This document shows positions 10,746-24,400 of a DNA stretch of 64,000 bases, one piece after another. This stretch comes from Eledone cirrhosa (Eukaryota): contig OZ024740.1 in the NCBI GenBank assembly GCA_964016885.1, positions 31,620,001 to 31,684,000 on the forward strand. Direction: 5' to 3'. A program made the position numbers and the translations under genes. How positions within the stretch are numbered: position 1 is the first letter of the stretch; every line of letters begins with the position of its first letter. The notes beneath the pieces are model-generated. The model did not search any database. It was not told where the DNA came from and saw only the letters and a list, made by a program, of their open reading frames with translations.

Positions 10746-10825
10746 CACCTGTACTTCCATCTTGAAATGTGTCATGCTGAAAATGATGAGATCCACATTA
10801 AAGTACCAGTAAGTCATGGATCAAG
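10746..10825 (+). CDS. LRRK2: LRRK2-like COR exon F (3' end uncertain: 10808 or 10825)
   Basis: cttttcttcag| then HLYFHLEMCHAENDEIHIKVP(VSHGS R); compare LRRK2 EAYCLV...FLKITVPSCRKG. Two possible donors: CCA|gtaagt after 10808 and AAG|gtataa after 10825. Confidence 0.75.
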
Positions 10826-10926
10826 GTATAAAATAGACAATATCTTTGTTATACTTGGTAGTTTATTAGGTTATAAAATTTCTCATATAAACTCTAAGAA
10901 ACCTATTTATGAAGTACATAAATAAC

Positions 10927-11195
10927 CACTGCAAAGTGGTTGTGGGGGTACCACAGCAAAAAAGCACCCAGCCCACACTGTAAAGTGGACGTGTAGGCGC
11001 CACGGGAAAAAAAGCACCCAGTACTCACTGTAAATGAGGTTGGTGTTAGGAAGGGCGTCCAGCTGTAGAAATCAAGCCAGAATCAGTTCCCGTATGAGCA
11101 AGACAAGGTCAGCTGACCGGACATTGCCCACAACAGGACAACCCGTCTAACCCATGCTAGTGTGGAAGAATGGACGTAAAACGGTGATGATGATA
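10927..11195 (+). mobile_element. SINE 3' portion with internal tandem duplication
   Basis: aaaaaagcacccag..cactgtaaa repeated twice plus a partial, then gttaggaagggcgtccagctgtagaa..acccatgctag..ggacgtaaaacggtgatgatgat tail. Confidence 0.65.
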
Positions 11196-11279
11196 AATAG
11201 AAATATGAAAATGCATCTGTTTTGGAATTTCTCTAACTCTATATTAAAGGCTGGCTTGTTCAAACATAATCTTATTATG

Positions 11280-11427
11280 GTTACTTGATAATAATTTCTA
11301 CTTTAATTTTGGGGGAGGGGAAAGTCGATTAAAATGACCCCAGTACATTACTGGTACTTTATTTTATTAACCTCGTAAGGATGAAAGGCAAAGCTAACCT
11401 CAGTGAGATTTGTAGTTACTTGATAAT
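11280..11427 (-). mobile_element. Truncated SINE family 1 with 13-bp TSD
   Basis: gttacttgataat at 11280-11292 and 11415-11427 flanks the reverse complement of the gcctttcatcc..aataaagtaccagtaatgtactgggg core. Confidence 0.85.
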
Positions 11428-11467
11428 CAAAAGATTAATATTTTAATCATCATAACAATCATTATGA

Positions 11468-11730
11468 CATGTGCTTATAGTTTCCAAAGAAAGAATCACA
11501 TGACAGACTTTATGGGCAAAGCCAACTGGTACAACACCTAGAGGTAGACCATCAGCATGATGGCTGGATATCATCCACAAGCTCAGTTGATCACACTTGG
11601 GGCTTCACCCAAATCATTTGGAGTTGCTTCTGATAGGACTCCTTGGAAAGCATATCTGATAGGACCCCTTGGAAAGCATGTCTGAGGACTCTGCCTCCAT
11701 GACCTTCTCAGGAATAAGTAGGGGAAGAGG
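11468..11730 (+). mobile_element. Decayed RTE-clade LINE 3' fragment
   Basis: Frame from 11468 reads HVLIVSKERIT*QTLWAKPTGTTPRGRPSA*WLDII, the GHV...G.RPRGRP..RW.D motif of the RTE ORF C-terminus, with in-frame stops. Confidence 0.65.
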
Positions 11731-11799
11731 ATTACCATCATTGTTTCTGCTCCACAATTGAACATTTAACATTGAAAATAAATAGATAATAAAAGTTCT

Positions 11800-11910
11800 A
11801 ACTTGACTGCAGTACGATATTTAGTTTCATCTCTTTATATTTTAAGTTCAAATCTGCTAAGATTAACCCTGTCTCTTTTATTTTGGAAGTTAGTAAAATA
11901 GGTAGTAATA
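11800..11910 (+). mobile_element. Old SINE family 1 remnant directly preceding the satellite
   Basis: ctctttatattttaagttcaaatctgctaagattaaccctgtct..ggaagttagtaaaatagg aligns by eye to ccctttatgatctaagttcaaatcccgctgaggttaactttgtct..ggggtcaataaaataaag of the copy at 9405. Confidence 0.6.
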
Positions 11911-12441
11911 GTGTACAGATACAATATATATTATCCAAACTCAATAAATAACATTAGTTTACAATCTCCATTGACTATAACTGAAGCCAATTCAATAAGC
12001 AGCACTAATGTACAAATTCAATTCATCATATCTGCAGTCAATAACAAGTGTACAGACTGAGTTGATTATATCTCAAGTCAATACAAAAAGTCGCTCTAAG
12101 GAACAGAGTCTATTGACATAACTGAAGTTAATAAGATAGTAGCACTAGTTTACTGACTCAGTTCATTATATATAAAGTCAATACAATATTGTACAAATTC
12201 CATTTACTATATCAGAACTCAATACACTAAGCAGGACTCAGATGACTATATCTGAAGTTGGTACAATAAGTAACACCAGTTTATAGATAGAATTCACTAC
12301 ATCTGCAGTTAATAAAATATATAGGGTTAGTGTACAAAGTGAAATTACTATATCTGAAGGCAATTAGATAATAATACTAGTGAACTGACTCAGTTGACTA
12401 TATATGAAGTCAGTACAATATATAACATTAGTGAACTAATT
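11885..12441. repeat. Degenerate proto-monomers of the 51-bp satellite
   Basis: About 11 diverged units, e.g. gcactaatgtacaaattca, caagtgtacagactgagttgattatatctcaagtcaataca, ctagtgaactgactcagttgactatatatgaagtcagtacaata. The closest matches to the consensus are next to the array. Confidence 0.85.
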
Positions 12442-15400
12442 CAGTTGACTATATATGATATCAGTACAATATATAACACTAGTGTACAGACACAGTTGAC
12501 TATATATGATATCAGTACAATATATAACACTAATGTACAGACACAGTTGAGTATATATGATATCAGTACAATATATAACACTAGTGTACAGACACAGTTG
12601 ACTATATATGATATCAGTACAGTATATAACACTAGTGAACAGACACAGTTGACTATATATGATATCAGTACAATATATAACACTAGTGTACAGACACAGT
12701 TGAATATATATGATATCAATACAATATATAACACTAGTGTACAGACACAGTTGAATATATATGATATCAGTACAATATATAACACTAGTGTACAGACACA
12801 GTTGACTATATATGATATCAGTACAATATATAACACTAATGTACAGATACAGTTGACTATATATGATATCAGTACAATATATAACACTAGTGAACAGACA
12901 CAGTTGACTATATATGATATCAGTACAATATGTAACACTAGTGTACAGACACAGTTGACTATATATGATATCAGTACAATATATAACACTAGTGTACAGA
13001 CACAGTTGTCTATATATGATATCAGTACAATATATAACACTAGTGAACAGACACAGTTGACTATATATGATATCAGTACAATATATAACACTAGTGTACA
13101 GACAGAGTTGACTATATATGATATCAGTACAATATATAACACTAGTGAACAGACACAGTTGACTATATATGATATCAGTACAATATATAACACTAATGTA
13201 CAGACAAAGTTGACTGTATATGATATCAGTACAATATATAACACTAGTGTACAGACACAGTTAACTATATATGATATCAGTATAGTATATAACACTAATG
13301 TGCAGACACAGTTGACTATATATGATATCAGTACAATATGTAACACTAGTTAACAGACACAGTTGACTATATATGATATCAGTACAATATATAACACTAA
13401 TGTACAGACACAGTTGAGTATATATGATATTAGTACAATATGTAGCACTAGTGTACAGACACAGTTGACTCTATATGATATCAGTACAATATATAACACT
13501 AGTGTACAGACACAGTTGACTATATATGATATCAGTACAATATATAACACTAGTGTACAGACACAGTTGAATATATATGATATCAGTACAATATATAACA
13601 CAAGTGTACAGACACAGTTGACTCTATATGATATCAGTACAATATGTAACACTAGTGTACAGACACAGTTGACTATATATGATATCAGTACAATATGTAA
13701 CACTAATGTACAGACACAGTTGACTATATATGATATCAGTATAATATATAACACTAATGTACAGACACAGTTGACTATATATGATATCAGTACAATATAT
13801 AACATTAGTGTACAGACACAGTTGACTATATATGATATAAGTACAAGGTATAACACTAATGTACAGACACAGTTGACTATATATGATATCAGTACAACAT
13901 ATAACACTAGTGTACAGACACAGTTGACTATATATGATATCAGTACAATATATAACACTAGTGTACAGACACAGTTGACTATATATGATATCAGTACAAT
14001 ATATAACACTAATGTACAGACAAAGTTGACTGTATATGATATCAGTACAATATATAACACTAGTGTACAGACACAGTTGACTATATATGATATCAGTACA
14101 ATATGTAACACTAGTGTACAGACACGGTTGACTATATATGATATCAGTACAATATATAACACTAGTGTACAGACACAGTTGACTATATATGATATCAGTA
14201 CAATATGTAACACTAGTGTACAGACACAGTTGACTATATATGATATCAGTACAATATATAACACTAATGTACAGACACAGTTGAGTATATATGATATTAG
14301 TACAATATGTAGCACTAGTGTACAGACACAGTTGACTCTATATGATATCAGTACAATATATAACACTAGTGTACAGACACAGTTGACTATATATGATATC
14401 AGTACAATATATAACACTAGTGTACAGACACAGTTGAATATATATGATATCAGTACAATATATAACACTAGTGTACAGACACAGTTGACTCTATATGATA
14501 TCAGTACAATATATAACACTAGTGTACAGACACAGTTGACTATATATGATATCAGTACAATATGTAACACTAATGTACAGACACAGTTGACTATATATGA
14601 TATCAGTATAATATATAACACTAATGTACAGACACAGTTGACTATATATGATATCAGTACAATATATAACATTAGTGTACAGACACAGTTGACTATATAT
14701 GATATCAGTACAATATATAACACTAGTGTACAGACACAGTTGACTATATATGATATAAGTACAAGGTATAACACTAATGTACAGACACAGTTGACTATAT
14801 ATGATATCAGTACAATATATAACACTAGTGTACAGACACAGTTGACTATATATGATATCAGTACAATATATAACACTAGTGTACAGACACAGTTGACTAT
14901 ATATGATATCAGTACAATATATAACACTAATGTACAGACAATGTTGACTGTATATGATATCAGTACAATATATAACACTAGTGTACAGACACAGTTGACT
15001 ATATATGATATCAGTACAATATGTAACACTAGTGTACAGACATGGTAGACTATATATGATATCAGTACAATATGTAACACTAATGTACAGGGACAGTTGA
15101 CTGTATATGATATCAGTTCAATATGTAACACTAGTGTACAGACACAGTTGACTATATATGATATCAGTACAACATATAACACTAGTGTACAGATACAGTT
15201 GACTATATATGATATCAGTACAATATATAACACTAGTGAACAGACACAGTTGACTATATATGATGCCAGTACAATATATAACACTAGTGAACAGACACAG
15301 TTGACTATATATGATATCAGTACAATATGTAACACTAGTGTACAGACACAGTTGACTATATATGATATCAGTACAATATATAACACTAGTGTACAGACAC

Positions 15401-18400
15401 AGTTGACTATATATGATATCAGTACAATATATAACACTAATGTACAGACACAGTTGACTATATATGATATCAGTACAATATATAACACAAGTGTACAGAT
15501 ACAGTTGACTATATATGATATCAGTACAATATATAACACTAGTGAACAGAAACAGTTGACTATATATGATATCAGTACAATATATAACACTAGTGAACAG
15601 ACACAGTTGACTATATATGATATCAGTACAATATATAACACTAGTGTACAGACACGGTTGACTATATATGATATCAGTACAATATATAACACTAGTGTAC
15701 AGACACAGTTGACTATATATGATATCAGTACAATATGTAACACTAGTGTACAGACACAGTTGACTATATATGATATCAGTACAATATATAACACTACTGT
15801 ACAGACACAGTTGACTATATATGATATCAGTACAATATATAACACTAGTGAACAGACACAGTTGATAATATATGATATCAGTACAATATATAACACTAGT
15901 GTACAGACACAGTTGACTATATATGATATCAGTATAATATATAACACTAATGTACAGACACAGTTGACTATATATGATATCAGTACAATATATAACACTA
16001 GTGTACAGACACGGTTGACTATATATGATATCAGTACAATATATAACGCTAGTGTACAGACACAGTTGACTATATATGATATCAGTACAATATATAACAC
16101 TAGTGTACAGATACAGTTGACTATATATGATATCAGTACAATATATAACACTAGTGAACAGACACAGTTGACTATATATGATATCAGTACAATATATAAC
16201 ACTAGTGAACAGACACAGTTGACTATATATGATATCAGTACAATATATAAGACTAGTGAACAGACACAGTTGACTATATATGATATCAGTACAATATATA
16301 ACACTAGTGTACAGACACAGTTGACTATATATGATATCAGTACAATATGTAACACTAATTTACAGACACAGTTGACTGTATATGATATCAGTACAACATG
16401 TAACACTAGTGTACAGACACAGTTGACTATATATGATATCAGTATAATATATAACACTAATGTACAGACACAGTTGACTATATATGATATCAGTACAATA
16501 TATAACACTAGTGTACAGACACAGTTGACTATATATGATATCAGTACAATATATAACACTAGTGTACAGACACAGTTGACTATATATGATATCAGTACAA
16601 TATATAACACTAATGTACAGACACAGTTGACTATATATGATATCAGTACAATATATAACACTAGTGTACAGATACAGTTGACTATATATGATATCAGTAC
16701 AATATATAGCACTAGTGTACAGATACAGTTGACTATATATGATATCAGTACAATATATAACACTAGTAAACAGACACAGTTGACAGTATATGATATCAGT
16801 ACAATATATAACACTAGTGAACAGACACAGTTGACTATATATGATATCAGTACAATATGTAACACTAGTGTACAGACACAGTTGACTATATATGATATCA
16901 GTACAATATATAACACTACTGTACAGACACAGTTGACTATATATGATATCAGTACAATATATAACACTAGTGAACAGACACAGTTGATAATATATGATAT
17001 CAGTACAATATATAACACTAGTGTACAGACACAGTTGACTATATATGATATCAGTATAATATATAACACTAATGTACAGACACAGTTGACTATATATGAT
17101 ATCAGTACAATATATAACACTAGTGTACAGTCACGGTTGACTATATATGATATCAGTACAATATATAACACTAGTGTACAGACACAGTTGACTATATATG
17201 ATATCAGTACAATATATAACACTAATGTACAGACACAGTTGACTATATATGATATCAGTACAATATATAACACTAGTGTACAGATACAGTTGACTATATA
17301 TGATATCAGTACAATATATAACACTAGTGAACAGACACAGTTGACTATATATGATATCAGTACAATATGTAACACTAGTGAACAGACACAGTTGACTATA
17401 TATGATATCAGTACAATATATAACACTAGTGAACAGACACAGTTGACTATATATGATATCAGTACAATATATAACACTAATGTACAGACACAGTTGACTA
17501 TATATGATATCAGTACAATATGTAACACTAGTGTACAGACACAGTTGACTGTATATGATATCAGTACAATATGTAACACTAGTGTACAGACACAGTTGAC
17601 TATATATGATATCAGTACAATATATAACACTAGTGAATAAACACAGTTGACTATATATGATATCAGTACAATATGTAACACTAGTGTACAGACACAGTTG
17701 ACTATATATGATATCACTACAATATATAACACTAGTGTACAGACACAGTTGACTATATATGATATCAGTACACTATATAACACTAGTGTACAGACACAGT
17801 TGACTATATATGATATCAGTACAATATGTAACACTAGTGTACAGACACAGTTGACTATATATGATATCAGTACAATATATAACACTAGTGTACAGACACA
17901 GTTGACTATATATGATATCAGTACAATATATAACACTAATGTACAGATACAGTTGACTATATCTGATATCAGTACAATATATAACACTAATGTACAGACA
18001 CAGTTGACTATATATGATATCAGTACAATATGTAACACTAGTGTACAGACACAGTTGACTATATATGATATCAGTACAACATATAACACTAGTGTACAGA
18101 CACAGTTGAGTATATATGATATCAGTACAATATATAACACTAGTGTACAGACACAGTTGACTATATATGATATCAGTACAATATGTAACAATAGTGTACA
18201 GACACAGTTGATAATATATGATATCAGTACAATATATAACACTAGTGTACAGACACAGTTGACTATATATGATATCAGTACAATATATAACACTAGTGTA
18301 CAGACACAGTTGACTATATATGATATCAGTACAATATGTAACACTAGTGTACAGACACAGTTGACCATATATGATATCAGTACAATATATAACACTAATG

Positions 18401-21400
18401 TACAGACACATTTGACTATATATGATATCAGTACAATATATAACACTAGTGTACAGACACAGTTGACTATATATGATATCAGTACAATATATAACACTAG
18501 TGTACAGACACAGTTGACTATATATGATATCAGTACAATATGTAACACTAGTGTACAGACACAGTTGACTATATATGATATCAGTACAATATATAACACT
18601 AATGTACAGACACAGTTGACTATATATGATATCAGTACAATATATAACACTAGTGAACAGACACAGTTGACTATATATGATATCAGTACAATATATAACA
18701 CTAGTGTACAGACACAGTTGACTATATATGATATCAGTACAATATATATCACTAATGTACAGACACAGTTGACTATATATGATATCAGTACAATATGTAA
18801 CACTAGTGTACAGACACAGTTGACTATATATGATATCAGTACAATATGTAACACTAGTGTACAAACACAGTTGACTATATATGATATCAATACAATATAT
18901 AACACTAGTGTACAGACACAGTTGACTATATATGATATCAGTACAATATATAACACTAATGTACAGACACAGTTGACTATATATGATATCAGTACAACAT
19001 ATAACACTAATGTACAGACACAGTTGACTATATATGATATCAGTACAATATGTAACACTAGTGTACAGAGACAGTTGAATATATATGATATCACTACAAT
19101 ATGTAAAACTAGTGTACAGACACAGTTGACTATATATGATATCAGTACAATATGTAACACTAGTGTACAGACACAGTTGACTATATATGATATCAGTACA
19201 ATATATAACACTAGTGTACAGACACAGTTGACTATATATGATATCAGTACAATATATAACACTAGTGTACAGACACAGTTGACTATATATGATATCAGTA
19301 CAATATGTAACACTAGTGTACAGACACAGTTTACTATATGTGATATCAGTACAATATATAACACTAGTGTACAGACACAGTTGACTATATATGATATCAG
19401 TACAATATGTAACACTAGTGTACAGACACAGTTGACTATATATGATATCAGTACAATATATAACACTAGTGTACAGACACAGTTGACTATATATGATATC
19501 AGTACAATATGTAACACTAGTGTACAGACACAGTTGACTATATATGATATCAGTACAATATATAACACTAGTGTACAGACACAGTTTACTATATATGATA
19601 TCAGTACAATATGTAACACTAGTGTACAGACACAGTTGACTATATATGATATCAGTACAATATATAACACTAATGTACAGACACAGTTGACTATATATGA
19701 TATCAGTACAATATGTAACACTAGTGTACAGACACAGTTGACTATATATGATAACAGTACAATATATAACACTAGTGAACAGACACAGTTGATAATATAT
19801 GATATCAGTACAATATATAACACTAGTGTACAGACACAGTTGACTATAAATGATATCAGTATAATATATAACACTAGTGTACAGACACAGTTGACTATAT
19901 ATGATATCAGTACAATATGTAACACTAGTGTACAGACACAGTTGACTATATATGATATCAGTACAATATATAACACTAGTGTACAGACACAGTTGACTAT
20001 ATATGATATCAGTACAACATGTAACACTAGTGTACAGACACAGTTGACTATATATGATATCAGTACAATATATAACACTAGTGTACAGACACGGTTGACT
20101 ATATATGAAATCAGTACAATATATAACACTAGTGTACAGACACAGTTGACTATATATGATATCAGTACAATATATAACACTAATGTACAGACACAGTTGA
20201 CTATATAGGATATCAGTACAATATATAGCACTAGTGTACAGATACAGTTGACTATATATGATATCAGTACAATATATAACACTAGTAAACAGACACAGTT
20301 GACAATATATGATATCAGTACAATATATAACACTAGTGAACAGACACAGTTGACTATATATGATATCAGTACAATATGTAACACTAGTGTACAGACACAG
20401 TTGACTATATATGATATCAGTACAATATATAACACTACTGTACAGACACAGTTGACTATATATGATATCAGTACAATATATAACACTAGTGAACAGACAC
20501 AGTTGATAATATATGATATCAGTACAATATATAACACTAGTGTACAGACACAGTTGACTATATATGATATCAGTATAATATATAACACTAATGTACAGAC
20601 ACAGTTGACTATATATGATATCAGTACAATATATAACACTAGTGTACAGTCACGGTTGACTATATATGATATCAGTACAATATATAACACTAGTGTACAG
20701 ACACAGTTGACTATATATGATATCAGTACAATATAAAACACTAATGTACAGACACAGTTGACTATATATGATATCAGTACAATATATAACACTAGTGTAC
20801 AGATACAGTTGACTATATATGATATCAGTACAATATATAACACTAGTGAACAGACACAGTTGACTATATATGATATCAGTACAATATATAACACTAGTGA
20901 ACAGACACAGTTGACTATATATGATATCAGTACAATATATAACACTAGTGAACAGACACAGTTGACTATATATGATATCAGTACAATATATAACACTAGT
21001 GTACAGACACAGTTGACTATATATGATATCAGTACAATATGTAACACTAGTGTACAGACACAGTTGACTATATATGATATCAGTACAATATATAACACTA
21101 GTGTACAGACACAGTTGACTATATATGATATCAGTACAATATATAACACTAATGTACAGATACAGTTGACTATATCTGATATCAGTACAATATATAACAC
21201 TAATGTACAGACACAGTTGACTATATATGATATCAGTACAATATGTAACACTAGTGTACAGACACAGTTGACTATATATGATATCAGTACAACATATAAC
21301 ACTAGTGTACAGACACAGTTGAGTATATATGATATCAGTACAATATATAACACTAGTGTACAGACACAGTTGACTATATATGATATCAGTACAATATGTA

Positions 21401-24400
21401 ACAATAGTGTACAGACACAGTTGATAATATATGATATCAGTACAATATATAACACTAGTGTACAGACACAGTTGACTATATATGATATCAGTACAATATA
21501 TAACACTAGTGTACAGACACAGTTGACTATATATGATATCAGTACAATATGTAACACTAGTGTACAGACACAGTTGACCATATATGATATCAGTACAATA
21601 TATAACACTAATGTACAGACACATTTGACTATATATGATATCAGTACAATATATAACACTAGTGTACAGACACAGTTGACTATATATGATATCAGTACAA
21701 TATATAACACTAGTGTACAGACACAGTTGACTATATATGATATCAGTACAATATGTAACACTAGTGTACAGACACAGTTGACTATATATGATATCAGTAC
21801 AATATATAACACTAATGTACAGACACAGTTGACTATATATGATATCAGTACAATATATAACACTAGTGAACAGACACAGTTGACTATATATGATATCAGT
21901 ACAATATATAACACTAGTGTACAGACACAGTTGACTATATATGATATCAGTACAATATATATCACTAATGTACAGACACAGTTGACTATATATGATATCA
22001 GTACAATATGTAACACTAGTGTACAGACACAGTTGACTATATATGATATCAGTACAATATGTAACACTAGTGTACAAACACAGTTGACTATATATGATAT
22101 CAGTACAATATATAACACTAGTGTACAGACACAGTTGACTATATATGATATCAGTACAATATATAACACTAATGTACAGACACAGTTGACTATATATGAT
22201 ATCAGTACAACATATAACACTAATGTACAGACACAGTTGACTATATATGATATCAGTACAATATGTAACACTAGTGTACAGAGACAGTTGAATATATATG
22301 ATATCACTACAATATGTAAAACTAGTGTACAGACACAGTTGACTATATATGATATCAGTACAATATGTAACACTAGTGTACAGACACAGTTGACTATATA
22401 TGATATCAGTACAATATATAACACTAGTGTACAGACACAGTTGACTATATATGATATCAGTACAATATATAACATTAGTGTACAGACACAGTTGACTATA
22501 TATGATATCAGTACAATATGTAACACTAGTGTACAGACACAGTTTACTATATGTGATATCAGTACAATATATAACACTAGTGTACAGACACAGTTGACTA
22601 TATATGATATCAGTACAATATGTAACACTAGTGTACAGACACAGTTGACTATATATGATATCAGTACAATATATAACACTAGTGTACAGACACAGTTGAC
22701 TATATATGATATCAGTACAATATGTAACACTAGTGTACAGACACAGTTGACTATATATGATATCAGTACAATATATAACACTAGTGTACAGACACAGTTT
22801 ACTATATATGATATCAGTACAATATGTAACACTAGTGTACAGACACAGTTGACTATATATGATATCAGTACAATATATAACACTAATGTACAGACACAGT
22901 TGACTATATATGATATCAGTACAATATGTAACACTAGTGTACAGACACAGTTGACTATATATGATAACAGTACAATATATAACACTAGTGAACAGACACA
23001 GTTGATAATATATGATATCAGTACAATATATAACACTAGTGTACAGACACAGTTGACTATATATGATATCAGTATAATATATAACACTAGTGTACAGACA
23101 CAGTTGACTATATATGATATCAGTACAATATGTAACACTAGTGTACAGACACAGTTGACTATATATGATATCAGTACAATATATAACACTAGTGTACAGA
23201 CACAGTTGACTATATATGATATCAGTACAACATGTAACACTAGTGTACAGACACAGTTGACTATATATGATATCAGTACAATATATAACACTAGTGTACA
23301 GACACGGTTGACTATATATGAAATCAGTACAATATATAACACTAGTGTACAGACACAGTTGACTATATATGATATCAGTACAATATATAACACTAATGTA
23401 CAGACACAGTTGACTATATAGGATATCAGTACAATATATAGCACTAGTGTACAGATACAGTTGACTATATATGATATCAGTACAATATATAACACTAGTA
23501 AACAGACACAGTTGACAATATATGATATCAGTACAATATATAACACTAGTGAACAGACACAGTTGACTATATATGATATCAGTACAATATGTAACACTAG
23601 TGTACAGACACAGTTGAATATATATGATATCAGTACAATATATAACACTACTGTACAGACACAGTTGACTATATATGATATCAGTACAATATATAACACT
23701 AGTGAACAGACACAGTTGATAATATATGATATCAGTACAATATATAACACTAGTGTACAGACACAGTTGACTATATATGATATCAGTATAATATATAACA
23801 CTAATGTACAGACACAGTTGACTATATATGATATCAGTACAATATATAACACTAGTGTACAGTCACGGTTGACTATATATGATATCAGTACAATATATAA
23901 CACTAGTGTACAGACACAGTTGACTATATATGATATCAGTACAATATATAACACTAATGTACAGACACAGTTGACTATATATGATATCAGTACAATATAT
24001 AACACTAGTGTACAGATACAGTTGACTATATATGATATCAGTACAATATATAACACTAGTGAACAGACACAGTTGACTATATATGATATCAGTACAATAT
24101 ATAACACTAGTGAACAGACACAGTTGACTATATATGATATCAGTACAATATATAACACTAGTGAACAGACACAGTTGACTATATATGATATCAGTACAAT
24201 ATATAACACTAGTGTACAGACACAGTTGACTATATATGATATCAGTACAATATGTAACACTAATGTACAGACACAGTTGACTGTATATGATATCAGTACA
24301 ATATGTAACACTAGTGTACAGACACAGTTGACTATATATGATATCAGTACAATATATAACACTAGTGAATAAACACAGTTGACTATATATGATATCAGTA

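Noticed and set aside
39-11765. Other 60-90 aa ORFs in the track
   Set aside because: No recognisable homology; they overlap repeats or introns. Only the parts of 3423-3647 and 10713-10925 that coincide with exons C and F are coding.
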